The position numbers and the translations under genes were made by a program. From an uncultured Chromatiales bacterium (GTDB taxonomy: Bacteria > Pseudomonadota > Gammaproteobacteria > DATFLL01), in NCBI GenBank assembly GCA_964561765.1, contig CAZLQI010000006.1, positions 3,297-67,296 on the forward strand: a stretch of 64,000 nt of DNA. Reading direction: 5' to 3'. Positions within the stretch are counted from its first letter, which is position 1, and every line of letters starts with the position of its first letter. Below, one piece after another: positions 43,045 to 53,519 of the stretch. The notes below the pieces were generated by a model. It did not search any database. It had not been told where the DNA came from and was given only the letters and a program-made list of their open reading frames with translations.

Positions 43045-44343
43045 ATGTACCTTGAGTTCTTCAAACTTGCAGACCGACCGTTTCGCTTGACGGCGGATCC
43101 AAAATATATCTACAAGGCCGACTCGCATGTGCGGGCGGAGGCCTATCTGCGCTATGTCCTGCATATCAGGGACAGCATTGCAGTAGTGATTGGGGATCCC
43201 GGTACCGGCAAGACCATGATCATTGAGGATGTGCTGGGCGCGTTGAAAGACCGTCCGCTGATTGTCCGTATCCACCAGACCCAGCTCAACCCCAGCGAAT
43301 TTCTTGTCGCCGTACTTATGCAACTCGAGGGCGGGGTGTCGGTCACCGGCAAGGCGGAAGTGTTGCATCGCCTCAACCGCGTGCTGATAGCCCGCCATCG
43401 GGAGGGGCGACGCGTGGTGTTGATCGTCGATGAGGCACAGAATCTCGGTCCGGCCGTGCTGGAGGAGATTCGTCTGCTCTCGGCCACGGAGGCCGACGCC
43501 CGCAAGGTGATCAGTGTGGTGCTCAGCGGACATCCCGCGCTCGAACGCACCCTTGCGGTGCGGGGTGGTGAGGCGCTGGTCCAGCGCGTGCAGTTGCGTT
43601 GTCACATCGACCCTCTTGGCGAGGAAGATATTCCGCTTTATATTGCCCAGCGCCTCAGGGTGGCAGGACGCGATTGCCCAGTCGAGTTTCTGGCGGACAC
43701 CGCACCACTCATTTACCGCTACACGGGTGGTATTCCCCGCTTGATCAATGCCCTGTGTGATTTGTCATTGGTGGCTGCATTCATGCGTCGGATCACCGAG
43801 ATATCCGAGCCGGTCGTGTTCTCGGCCATCGAGAAACTGCAATGGAGTCCCTATGTGGTGCGCATGGCTGGGGATAATCGGTCGACGTTGCCCGCTGCGG
43901 GTAAAAAGGATGCCCGCCACTGCGCCAAGCTTATTTTACGTAGCCACGGACGGGTATTGGGCGAATATCCGCTTGACCGCGCCAGTGTTCTCATCGGCCG
44001 TGGACGCCATGATGACATTCAACTCGATGATCGCCGCGTAAGTCGCTCGCATGCGCGTATCGTCAATCTGTACGGCGAGTTCTATGTTCAGGACCTGGGC
44101 AGCACCAATGGAACCTTCGTCAACGAGCGCTCTGTAAAGCGTCACCGTCTGCAGGATGGCGATATGCTGTGTATAGGTGGCCATGACCTGGTCTTTATTG
44201 ACGAGTTCTGGATACCTGCCCTGGATGAGGCCCCCGCGCTACCCGCGTCCGGCGAGCGGCGCCAATTCGTGCCAGTCAGGAATGAAACCCCGGGGGGGAA
44301 AGACATGCCACGTCTCTACGTAGTGGGCGATAATCCTGTCTGA
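43045..44343 (+). CDS. ExeA/GspA-type AAA+ ATPase fused to a C-terminal FHA domain
   Basis: N-terminus MYLEFFKLADRPFRLTADPKYIY is typical of GspA/ExeA. Walker A GDPGTGKT, Walker B VLIVDEAQNL. C-terminal VLIGRGRHDDIQLDDRRVSRSHARIV...VQDLGSTNGTFVN FHA. Confidence 0.75.
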   Translation: MYLEFFKLADRPFRLTADPKYIYKADSHVRAEAYLRYVLHIRDSIAVVIGDPGTGKTMIIEDVLGALKDRPLIVRIHQTQLNPSEFLVAVLMQLEGGVSVTGKAEVLHRLNRVLIARHREGRRVVLIVDEAQNLGPAVLEEIRLLSATEADARKVISVVLSGHPALERTLAVRGGEALVQRVQLRCHIDPLGEEDIPLYIAQRLRVAGRDCPVEFLADTAPLIYRYTGGIPRLINALCDLSLVAAFMRRITEISEPVVFSAIEKLQWSPYVVRMAGDNRSTLPAAGKKDARHCAKLILRSHGRVLGEYPLDRASVLIGRGRHDDIQLDDRRVSRSHARIVNLYGEFYVQDLGSTNGTFVNERSVKRHRLQDGDMLCIGGHDLVFIDEFWIPALDEAPALPASGERRQFVPVRNETPGGKDMPRLYVVGDNPV

Positions 44344-44381
44344 GGCGACACACGCTATATATCCGTGGTATTTGTGTCGCC
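44344..44381 (+). other. 9-bp stem (ggcgacaca/tgtgtcgcc) with 20-nt loop, immediately after the ATPase-FHA stop; no U-tail
   Basis: Read directly. Confidence 0.3.
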
Positions 44382-44610
44382 TACCCGTGCAGGATGATAC
44401 TGCGACTACTAGGAAACGTTGGACAGGTCGGCGATATCGCGCGTTTTAGCCGCTCACCGGGCCGTGCATGACGATGCAGCAGCAGCATCTTGGGTCCGAA
44501 TTTCCTGGACATGGGTCCGGTCATCTCCCCTGTATTCCAGCGACTGGCCGCATGGATGGCGTGCAGCTCGGCGTACATCATAGCGTGAATTCATCGCAAC
44601 GGAGGGTAGT

Positions 44611-45513
44611 GTGACCCCGATCCAGATCACGGTGCTGCGCCACTCGGCGTTTTACAGTCCACTCATCTGCACGATGACCGGGGGGTTCTTGCGTGAAGAG
44701 GGGTTGCAGGCCAGCTATACGTTGGCAACGCCCCAAGACCCGGTCGAGGGCAGTCTTGTCGCTGGTAAGGTGCAGGTGGTGCAGTCGGCGGTGGCAACCA
44801 GTTTTGCCGCGCTCGAACGCGGCGAAGTGCCGGCACTGGTGCATTTCGCTCAGATTAATGAACGCGATGGTTTCTTTCTTGCCAGGCGGGAGACAGAAGC
44901 CGGGTTTGACTGGTCCCAGTTGGTTGGACGGCGTGTGCTGGTCGATCATTTTTTCCAGCCCATGGCGATGTTCCGCTACGCCCTGAAGTGCAAGGGGGTG
45001 GATGCCGGGGCGATTACGATCATCGATGCGGGAGAGCCTGCGGCCATGGAGGCCGCTTTCAGGGCAGGTGAGGGCGATTATGTCCACTTGCAGGGTCCGT
45101 CAGCACAGCAGTTGGAACATGAAGGGATCGCGCGGGTGGTTGCCTCGGTGGGCGCTGCGGTGGGACCGGTGGCATTCAGTAGTCTGTGCGCAACGCGAGA
45201 GTGGCTGGAGACGGAGAGGGCTATTGCCTTTATACGGGCCTACCGCAAGGCGAGTCGGTATGTCGTCGAGAGCTCGGCTGCGGAGATTGCCGAGGTCGAG
45301 GAGGAGTACTTTCCGGGTATCGAGCGCAGCGTACTGGCGCAGACCATTGCTGTATACCAGCGCCTGGGATGTTGGACCCCGGATCCCGTCATCAACCAGA
45401 GCGCCTATGAGTGCCTGCTCGATGTGTTCGACTACGCCGGTGGTATCAGTCGTCGTCATCCCTACGAGGCTGCCATCGTCCTGCCACCGGATATGACACC
45501 GAAACCGCAGTGA
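44611..45513 (+). CDS. Cytoplasmic NMT1/THI5-like (SsuA/TauA-fold) domain protein
   Basis: 300 aa, no signal peptide; fold-family resemblance only. Confidence 0.5.
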   Translation: MTPIQITVLRHSAFYSPLICTMTGGFLREEGLQASYTLATPQDPVEGSLVAGKVQVVQSAVATSFAALERGEVPALVHFAQINERDGFFLARRETEAGFDWSQLVGRRVLVDHFFQPMAMFRYALKCKGVDAGAITIIDAGEPAAMEAAFRAGEGDYVHLQGPSAQQLEHEGIARVVASVGAAVGPVAFSSLCATREWLETERAIAFIRAYRKASRYVVESSAAEIAEVEEEYFPGIERSVLAQTIAVYQRLGCWTPDPVINQSAYECLLDVFDYAGGISRRHPYEAAIVLPPDMTPKPQ

Positions 45514-45556
45514 GGCGGGAGTTACGCCGTGCGGCCAACAAGCCATGGGTGTTACG

Positions 45557-46141
45557 TCAGATCTTTTGCAGCGAGTCGCGCCAGTCGGGATCGGGGGGCT
45601 CCTGCTTGAGCCGGATCTGGTGTCCGTGTACGGCATCGGCCCAGCCGCTGTCGTTTGGCTGTGGCTGGAATTCGAAACCCCACCAGACACCTTCCTTGTC
45701 CTGGGCGATCCAGTTCAGGGTCTTGGGCCGTTGCGGTTGTTGACCGGCGCTACGGCCATGGTAGCCCAGCGATGCGAGTAGCTTGTCAAGCGCGTGGCGG
45801 CTGAGTTGTTCGGTGGGTACGCGGTCCTCTTCGCCCTGCCCGGTGCGCCCTGGTAGGTAGGCCAGTTTGTGCTGACCGATGATGATGACATCCTCCGGCC
45901 GGAGGGCGCGACGGCTAATGCGCTCGCCGTTGACGTAGGTACCATTGGTGCTGTCGAGATCCTGCACGTAGCGGGTGTCGCCAGCGCGCAGGATCTTGGC
46001 GTGATGGGTGCTGACAGTGGTGTCCTCCTTGAGGCAAAGATCGTTATCCTGTTTTCGCCCTATGGTCACAACATCCTGGCGGATGACCAACTCGTTGGCC
46101 TTGCTGCCGTCGCGTGTAATCGAGAGTCTGAACATGTACAT
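45557..46141 (-). CDS. FHA-domain protein with a roughly 80 aa Trp-rich C-terminal domain of unknown function
   Basis: Start MYMFRLSI; VTIGRKQDNDLCLKEDTTVSTHHAKIL...VQDLDSTNGTYVN is paralogous to the 41364 FHA; C-terminal LNWIAQDKEGVWWGFEFQPQPNDSGWADAVHGH. Confidence 0.7.
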   Translation of the reverse strand: MYMFRLSITRDGSKANELVIRQDVVTIGRKQDNDLCLKEDTTVSTHHAKILRAGDTRYVQDLDSTNGTYVNGERISRRALRPEDVIIIGQHKLAYLPGRTGQGEEDRVPTEQLSRHALDKLLASLGYHGRSAGQQPQRPKTLNWIAQDKEGVWWGFEFQPQPNDSGWADAVHGHQIRLKQEPPDPDWRDSLQKI

Positions 46142-46412
46142 GGTTCCGCGGTATGTGGTGCCCGCATATCCGGGCACAAATCCTGGCTGAGCCCTGAAGG
46201 GGCGTGTCATGCTAAAGCTAATTATATATGCCCCGATGGTGTTTGTGGTGGGAGATTGTGCCTGGAGTGAGAGAGAAAATGCGAACGGAATCAACTTTTA
46301 TTACATAAGCCGGTGCATTCAGGGTTTTGGCTGCCGACGAGCGCGTGGCCTGGGCCGGGGACATGCGGTACACTAGGCCGCTTGTTGTCATATCCCCGAA
46401 AAGTGACCCACA

Positions 46413-47987
46413 TTGCGTCAATCTGTTGCATACTGCCTGTCTTATCTGCGTGCGGAAAACCAGGCACATGTCCTGCGTAACAGCCTGATCGGTATAGAAA
46501 AAGAATGTTTGCGTGTGAATGTCTCAGGTGGAATTGCACAGACACCACACCCCCACAGCATGGGCGCGGCCCTGACTCACCCCTACATCACCACCGACTA
46601 TTCCGAGGCCTTGCTCGAATTCATAACCCCCCCCTCCCCGGAGGCGTCAGCGCCACTGGACTTTCTGCGTGATGTCGAGAAGTTCGTCTATGCACGGCTC
46701 GATAATGAGATCCTCTGGGCATCGAGTATGCCCTGCGTACTGGCTGGCGGAGAGAGTATTCCTGTTGCCAGGTACGGACGTTCAAATGCTGGCATGATGA
46801 AGATGGTCTATCGTCGCGGGCTGGGTTATCGCTACGGCAAGATGATGCAGGTTATCGCTGGAGTGCATTTCAATTTTTCTGTGCCGGAGGCCTTCTGGCC
46901 CGTCTTGCAGCAGATGGAGCAGGACCCTGGCGACCTGCAGGCGTTTATCAATGCTCGCTACCTCGCCATGATCCGTAACCTCCAGCGTGTCGGCTGGTTG
47001 ATCACCTATCTGTTCGGTTGCTCCCCCACGGTATGCAAATCGTTCATGGATGGCCTGCACACCGCCCTGCCCGAGTTTAATGCCAATACCTTCTATGAAC
47101 CCTATGCCACCTCCCTGCGCATGGGGGACATTGGTTATCAGAACAATCGCGAGGGTGAGGTTGGCATCAAGGCCTGCTATGACGACCTAGACAGCTATAT
47201 CGCCAGTCTGCGCTGTGCTATCCAGACGCCTTGCGAGGAGTATGCCCGCATCGGGGTCAAAGTCGATGGTGAATATCGTCAGCTCAATGCCAATATCCTG
47301 CAGATCGAAAACGAGTACTACACGACAGTGCGTCCCAAACAGATACTCGACGACAATGAGAAGCCGACTCTGGCGCTCAAGCGGCGCGGCATCCGCTATG
47401 TGGAACTGCGATCGCTCGACCTCAACGCCTTTGAGCCCCTGGGTATCAACGAAGATCAAGTGTATTTCCTCGAAGCCTTCATGCTTTACTGTCTGCTGGC
47501 GGACAGTCCGCCGATCGGGCGCGCGGAGGCCGACGAGATCGACGCCAACCAGAATGCTGTCGCCCACCGTGGGCGTGCGCCAGGCATGCGGTTGCGCCGC
47601 AACGGGGCCGAGTTGGCACTGCGCAACTGGGCGGTGGAGGTGGCCGAGGCCATGGTGGATATCTGTGCCTTGCTTGACGAGGGGCAGGCGCAGATGCCGT
47701 ATACCCAGGCGTTGGGTGTACAGCGGGCGGCGATCGAGGACCCGGAGTTGACCCCCTCGGCACGCATGCTCCAGCAGATGCGGGAAAACCGCGAGGGCTT
47801 CTATCACTTCACCATGCGTATGTCGCAAAAACACAAACGCTATTTCGATACACTGACGTTGTCGCCTGAACGCGAGGCCTTTTTCCAGACCGAAGCCATG
47901 GCCTCCGTGCAGCGACAGCGCGCGATGGAAGATGCCGACTCCGAGAATTTTGACGATTACCTTGCACACTATCTGGACCAGCCCTGA
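46413..47987 (+). CDS. gshA: Glutamate--cysteine ligase (E. coli type)
   Basis: 524 aa; ...ALTHPYITTDYSEALLEFITPP... aligns with the GshA N-terminus; TTG start. Confidence 0.85.
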   Translation: MRQSVAYCLSYLRAENQAHVLRNSLIGIEKECLRVNVSGGIAQTPHPHSMGAALTHPYITTDYSEALLEFITPPSPEASAPLDFLRDVEKFVYARLDNEILWASSMPCVLAGGESIPVARYGRSNAGMMKMVYRRGLGYRYGKMMQVIAGVHFNFSVPEAFWPVLQQMEQDPGDLQAFINARYLAMIRNLQRVGWLITYLFGCSPTVCKSFMDGLHTALPEFNANTFYEPYATSLRMGDIGYQNNREGEVGIKACYDDLDSYIASLRCAIQTPCEEYARIGVKVDGEYRQLNANILQIENEYYTTVRPKQILDDNEKPTLALKRRGIRYVELRSLDLNAFEPLGINEDQVYFLEAFMLYCLLADSPPIGRAEADEIDANQNAVAHRGRAPGMRLRRNGAELALRNWAVEVAEAMVDICALLDEGQAQMPYTQALGVQRAAIEDPELTPSARMLQQMRENREGFYHFTMRMSQKHKRYFDTLTLSPEREAFFQTEAMASVQRQRAMEDADSENFDDYLAHYLDQP

Positions 47988-48204
47988 TGGGCGCATAGGC
48001 GAATGTATCGCTACTCATTGCCCCGGTGAAAACCGCGCTGGCATAATGAGTGACCAGTGAATGTCTGTGTCAGTAGGGTGTCGGAGTTGCGCGGTGGGCA
48101 TCGGGCTCGGGCGCGCCCCCTATCGGGTTCGGTCGATGTGGTGTAAAGGGCCAACATGCAGGCAATGGCCGGCAGGAGGTATTGGCGATGTATTATGGTG
48201 AACG

Positions 48205-48808
48205 GCTCAACAGTTATACCCACTTGCTGGGGGTGCTGGCAGCCATCGGTGGACTGGTGGTGCTGGTGGTGATCGCTGGCATGCGGGGAGACCCCTGGCG
48301 GGTGGTGAGTTTCAGCCTGTATGGCACCACATTGTTGTTGCTGTATGCCTTTTCCACGCTGTATCACAGTCTGCGTGGACGCGCGAAGGCGGTCTTTCGC
48401 AGACTCGATCATGCCGCTATTTATCTTCTCATCGCTGGGACCTACACTCCGTTTACCCTGGTGACCCTGCGCGGGGGCTGGGGTTGGTCACTGTTCGGGG
48501 TAATCTGGGGTCTGGCACTGTTGGGCATTGTGCTTGAGTGGTTACAGCGCCGGGGTCCACGCACCCTGTCACTCGTGCTCTATCTGATCATGGGCTGGCT
48601 GGTGGTGATCGCCATGGTGCCGTTGTGGCATGCCCTGCCGCTGGCCGGTCTGCTGTGGTTGCTTGCTGGTGGCGTGTGCTACACCGGTGGCGTGGTGTTC
48701 TATGTCTTCGATGAGCGCTGGGCGCATGCGCACGGGATCTGGCATCTGTTCGTGCTGGCGGGTAGTGCGTGTCATTACATTGCCGTGTTGCGCTATGTCG
48801 CCTATTGA
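48205..48808 (+). CDS. Hemolysin III / PAQR-family membrane protein (YqfA-like)
   Basis: Seven TM helices, HxxxH-containing motifs (LYHSLRG, HAHGIWHLFV). Confidence 0.8.
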
Positions 48809-48844
48809 CTTGCAGGGTGGTGTCGCCGGATTATGCGGTGACTG

Positions 48845-50317
48845 GTGACGACGAGCGCTGGGCACGGTGGTGAGGCAACCGGCTTATGTCGTGCACCTTC
48901 CCGATCATGGATTAAAGAGCAGGTGGTGAAGCGGGTGCCAAACAGCGAAACACTGGACGCTGCTTACAGGGTGTTGGAACAGGCCAAGGTCTTCTATCAG
49001 GGCGAGCCGGTCGGCAATATCGCCAGCAACGATCCCAAAGCACCGGCGGAGAATTACGCGGACTGTTTTGTCCGTGATTTTGTGCCCTCGGCCTTTGTCT
49101 ACCTCCTCGATGGCGACCCCGGTATTGTGCGCAATTTCCTCTCGCTTACACTCAAGTTGCGCGATCAGCAAGAGGAGCAGGAGGGTCACCAGCTGTTACC
49201 CCGGGTCATGCCGGCCAGTTTCAAGGTGTTGTTTCGTGACAACGGTGAGCAGGAGGTGCATGCCGACTTTGGTGACCTGGCCATCGGGCGGGTGGCACCG
49301 GTCGACTCGATGATGTGGTGGGTGCTATTGCTACATGCCTATGTGCGTATCACCGGCGACACCGCCTTCAGTCACTCACCCGAGGTGCAACGTGGTGTGC
49401 GCCTCATCGTCAGCATTTGTCTGCGTGATCACTTTGAGGTCTTCCCGACACTGATGGTGCCGGATGGCTCGTTCATGATTGACCGCCGCATGGGGGTCTA
49501 TGGACATCCCCTGGAGATCCAGTCGCTGTTCTACGGCGTACTCAGTGTTGCACGAGGCCTGCTGGTGGCGGGTGCCCAGGAATGCCGGTTCGTGCTGGGG
49601 CAGATGGAGAAGCGTCTCACGCTGCTCACTGAATATGTGCGTGATCATTACTGGCTGGACATACAACGACTCAACGAGATTCACCGCTACGAGACCGAGA
49701 TGTTCGGCAGCAAAAACAGAAATCAGCTCAACATCTATCCCGAGAGTATACCGGACTGGGTGTTGGACTGGTTGCCGGACAATGCCGGTTATCTGGTGGG
49801 TAATCTCGGTCCGGGGCGCATGGATTTCCGGTTTTTCTCCCAGGGCAATTTACTGGCTGTGGTGTTCGGTCTGGCCGATGCCACCCAGTCCGAACTCATT
49901 ATGAAGGTGTTCGCGCGACGCTGGAAGGACTTGATTGGCGAGATGCCGGTGAAACTCTGTTATCCCGCGATGCAGGGGCTGGAATGGCGCATCAATACCG
50001 GCAGCGACCCGAAGAACTCCGCCTGGTCCTATCATAATGGTGGTAACTGGCCGGTCCTGCTCTGGTCGTTTGTCGCGGCGGCGCTGAACAGTGGTCAGCG
50101 CGATCTCGCTGAACGTGCCATGGATATTGCCATCCGCCGCTTGCCTGTTGATGGCTGGCCCGAGTATTACGACGGCCGTTCCGGCCGCCTCGTTGGTCGG
50201 CGCGCCAACTTCAATCAGACCTGGTCGGCCGCGACGGTGATCCTGGCACACAAATTCCTCGAAGATCCGGCGTGTATCGCCAGACTCGGCTTGTGCCGAA
50301 ATGCACCCGTCGACTAG
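48845..50317 (+). CDS. GH100 alkaline/neutral invertase-like protein (start may be internal, about 48926)
   Basis: NYADCFVRDFVPSAFVYLLDGDPGIVRNFL...; WSYHNGGNWPVLLW; resembles plant/cyanobacterial neutral invertases. Confidence 0.7.
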   Translation: MTTSAGHGGEATGLCRAPSRSWIKEQVVKRVPNSETLDAAYRVLEQAKVFYQGEPVGNIASNDPKAPAENYADCFVRDFVPSAFVYLLDGDPGIVRNFLSLTLKLRDQQEEQEGHQLLPRVMPASFKVLFRDNGEQEVHADFGDLAIGRVAPVDSMMWWVLLLHAYVRITGDTAFSHSPEVQRGVRLIVSICLRDHFEVFPTLMVPDGSFMIDRRMGVYGHPLEIQSLFYGVLSVARGLLVAGAQECRFVLGQMEKRLTLLTEYVRDHYWLDIQRLNEIHRYETEMFGSKNRNQLNIYPESIPDWVLDWLPDNAGYLVGNLGPGRMDFRFFSQGNLLAVVFGLADATQSELIMKVFARRWKDLIGEMPVKLCYPAMQGLEWRINTGSDPKNSAWSYHNGGNWPVLLWSFVAAALNSGQRDLAERAMDIAIRRLPVDGWPEYYDGRSGRLVGRRANFNQTWSAATVILAHKFLEDPACIARLGLCRNAPVD

Positions 50318-50460
50318 CCGACAGCCGGAAAATACCCGACTGGCGTCCACAGTGCTGTGGTAACGGTGTGTGTCTTACCGGGCCTGCAGCGAACGCGCCG
50401 CCGTTCCCCCTGTTCTGTAGATACGCTGGGTCGACCTGTATCCCAGTGTCTCCCCGTGCG

Positions 50461-53190
50461 TCACGCCTCGCCAAGACTCTTGTCGACGATCTCGAACACG
50501 TCCCGAGACAATCCCTCATGGTCCCGAATGCGTTGTAACTGGGCACGCATAAAGGCGCCGCGTTCGCTGTCATAGCGTTGCCACCGGCTCAAGGCGCCGC
50601 ACAAGCGGGCAGCACCCTGCGGGTTGAGGCTGTTCAGCGCCAGCACCTGCTGCGCAAGGAAGGCATAGCCACTACCGTCGGCGGCGTGAAAACGGACCGG
50701 ATTGCCCATGCAGAAACGGCCAATAAGTGCCCGTACTTTGTTGGGGTTGGTCAGGCGGAAGGCGGGGTGGTGCATGAGTGTCTGCACCCGAACCAGGGTG
50801 TCCGGCAGGCGGGAACCGGCTTGCAGGGCGAACCACTTGTCGACCACCTGGGCATCGTGTTGCCAGCGCACATAGAAGTCATGCAGGGCCGTTTCACGTT
50901 CGGGACTTGCCTGTTGCACCAATGCACTCAGTGCACCCAGGGCGTCGGTCATATTGCCAGCCTGTTCGAATTGTGTCATGCACAGTGTGCGTGACGCCGT
51001 GGTGTCCTGCTCCTCCATGAGGTAGCTCAGACACAAGTTTTTTAGTGCACGCCGGGCGCTGTCCCCGGGCGTGAATCGGTAAGGCCCACTGTTCTGGCAC
51101 ATGCTATAGGTGTGTAGCAGCTCATCATGCAGGGCCATGGCCAGATGCTGGTGCATGAAGACGCGCACGGCGTGAATGGCATCGACATCGACGCTCGCGC
51201 ACTGATCTGCCAGATAGCTCTCGCCCGGCAAGGTGAGTATCTGGGCGACCAGGGCCGGATCAGTAATCGGGTTGGCCGCGGTGTACTGGTCCGTATCGCC
51301 ACGCGGGTCGGCATCGGTGAGGGCGCGCCGGTAAGCCTCGATCACCGTGGAGTCGAGTTCGAGGGTAGCCCCTGCCTGCCAGCGCGGGATCAGGCGCAGC
51401 AGGGTGTTGAGGGCAAGCTGTTGTCCGGCATCCCAGCGGTTGAAGGCATCGGTCTCATGCGCCAGCAGAAAGGCCAGGGTGGCATCATCGCGCGGCAGAT
51501 CGAGCTTGACCGGGGCCGAGAAGCCGCGTAGCAGCGAAGGGATAGGGGGCTGTGCCACGTCCTGGAAACAGAAGTGCTGTTCAGTCGCGCTCAGGGCCAG
51601 GACCCGCTCGTTACCGGTGGCGGTCTCCTCCGTGTCCAGGCGCAGCGGCACGGGCTTGCCCTCGGGGTCAAGCAACGCCATGGCGATGGGGATGTGAAAG
51701 GGTTGCTTGTCAGTCTGTCCCGGCGTCGGCGGGCAGCTCTGGCGCAGATGCAGGGTGTAGCAGCGTGTGGCGGCGTTGTAGTCATCACTGACATGCACCA
51801 CGGGGGTGCCAGCCTGTTCGTACCAGCGGCGAAACTGTCCCAGATCGATCGCGTTGGCATCTTCCATCGCACAGACGAAATCATCAGTGGTGACCGCCTG
51901 AGCGTCATGACGGGTAAAATACAGGTCTGTGCCGTGACGAAAACCGCTCGGGCCGAGCAGTTGATAGAGCATACGCACCACCTCGGCGCCCTTGTTATAG
52001 ACCGTGACCGTATAGAAATTGCTGATCTCGATATAATGGGTGGGGCGCACGGGGTGGGCCATGGGGCCTGCATCCTGAGCGAACTGGTGGGTGCGCAGGA
52101 TATCGACATCCTGGATGCGTTTAACCGCAGCGGAGTTCATGTCGGCGCTGAACTGCTGATCGCGAAAGACGGTGAAGCCCTCCTTGAGACTGAGCTGGAA
52201 CCAGTCGCGGCAGGTCACCCGGTTGCCCGACCAGTTGTGAAAATATTCATGACCGATGATGCCCTGCACGCTGGCATGGTCAGCGTCGGTGGCCGTCTCG
52301 GGGCTGGCCAGAACGCAGGCAGAATTGAAGATGTTCAAGCCCTTGTTTTCCATCGCCCCCATGTTGAAGTCGCCTACGGCGACGATGTTGAATACGTCGA
52401 GGTCGTATTCACGATCATAGCTCAACTCATCCCAGCGCATGGCTTGCTTGAGCGAGGTCATGGCGTGCGCGCACTGGCCGAGATGTTGCTCGTCGACGTA
52501 AATGCGCAGCTGCACGTCACGCCCGCTGGCGGTGGTGAAGTGATCTTCGGTGTGCGCGAGGCGCCCCGCGACCAGAGCGAACAGATAACTGGGTTTTGGA
52601 CAGGGGTCGTGCCAGCGTGCCAGATGGCGTCCGTTGCCCAGTTCGCGCTGCTCGATCGGATTGCCATTGGAGAGCAGGACGGGATAGCGCTCACGGTCAG
52701 CGACCAGTGTGATGGTATAGATGGCCATCACGTCGGGCCGGTCAGGGAAGTAGGTGATGCGCCGAAAACCCTGTGCCTCGCACTGGGTGCACAGCATGTC
52801 ACTCGAGGCATACAGGCCTTCCAGTGCCGTGTTGGCACCAGGATGGATGCGGGTATGGATAGCAAGTTCGAAGCCGTTACGTGCGGCGGTCTCCGGCACG
52901 TCATGCAAGGTCAGTGATTCATCGTCCACCGTGTAGGCATCGGGAGATACGCGCTCGCCGTCAAGGCTCAGTGCGATCAACTCGAGTTGGCAGCCGTTGA
53001 GCACCAACGGTGCGGGGTGTGACGCCTGCTCGGGATGGCGGCGCAGCCACAGTTTTGTACGTACCTCGGTGGTGTCGGCGTCGAGTTCAAAATGCAGATC
53101 GATGTGTTCAACCCGATAAGTGGGCGGGCGATAGTCGGCGAGATGGATCGCGCGCGGGCCGGTGTGTCCGGGGAGGATAGTACTGCTCAT
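50461..53190 (-). CDS. pepN: Aminopeptidase N
   Basis: 909 aa; GAMENKGLNIFN; HEYFHNWSGNRVTCRDWFQLSLKEGFTVF zinc motif. Confidence 0.9.
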   Translation of the reverse strand: MSSTILPGHTGPRAIHLADYRPPTYRVEHIDLHFELDADTTEVRTKLWLRRHPEQASHPAPLVLNGCQLELIALSLDGERVSPDAYTVDDESLTLHDVPETAARNGFELAIHTRIHPGANTALEGLYASSDMLCTQCEAQGFRRITYFPDRPDVMAIYTITLVADRERYPVLLSNGNPIEQRELGNGRHLARWHDPCPKPSYLFALVAGRLAHTEDHFTTASGRDVQLRIYVDEQHLGQCAHAMTSLKQAMRWDELSYDREYDLDVFNIVAVGDFNMGAMENKGLNIFNSACVLASPETATDADHASVQGIIGHEYFHNWSGNRVTCRDWFQLSLKEGFTVFRDQQFSADMNSAAVKRIQDVDILRTHQFAQDAGPMAHPVRPTHYIEISNFYTVTVYNKGAEVVRMLYQLLGPSGFRHGTDLYFTRHDAQAVTTDDFVCAMEDANAIDLGQFRRWYEQAGTPVVHVSDDYNAATRCYTLHLRQSCPPTPGQTDKQPFHIPIAMALLDPEGKPVPLRLDTEETATGNERVLALSATEQHFCFQDVAQPPIPSLLRGFSAPVKLDLPRDDATLAFLLAHETDAFNRWDAGQQLALNTLLRLIPRWQAGATLELDSTVIEAYRRALTDADPRGDTDQYTAANPITDPALVAQILTLPGESYLADQCASVDVDAIHAVRVFMHQHLAMALHDELLHTYSMCQNSGPYRFTPGDSARRALKNLCLSYLMEEQDTTASRTLCMTQFEQAGNMTDALGALSALVQQASPERETALHDFYVRWQHDAQVVDKWFALQAGSRLPDTLVRVQTLMHHPAFRLTNPNKVRALIGRFCMGNPVRFHAADGSGYAFLAQQVLALNSLNPQGAARLCGALSRWQRYDSERGAFMRAQLQRIRDHEGLSRDVFEIVDKSLGEA

Positions 53191-53519
53191 GGCGGGTTAT
53201 TACTCTTGGTCCGGGATGTGGATGCAGGGTGTCAAGAATGACAAGAATCCGTCACGCTGTACAGCCATCAGTGTTCAGAGTGATGCCTGACGGGGTTTGG
53301 TCCGGGGCGCACGGATATGGGCTAACAGGCGCACGGATATGGGCTTACGCCCATTCCAGCAAGATGTTAATCTGATCCACCCCTGTGCGTTCAGGTGGAT
53401 TCTGCCCGCACTGCGTCCCGGTTTTTGGTCTCCGTCGTCTCAGGCAGCAGCGTTATTCAAATCGGCCCGTGTGTTCTGACGCTATACGCGGGCACCCCGG
53501 CTATAACCCCAGGAATCTT

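Noticed and set aside
51574-52917. 447-aa plus-strand ORF
   Set aside because: Antisense inside pepN.
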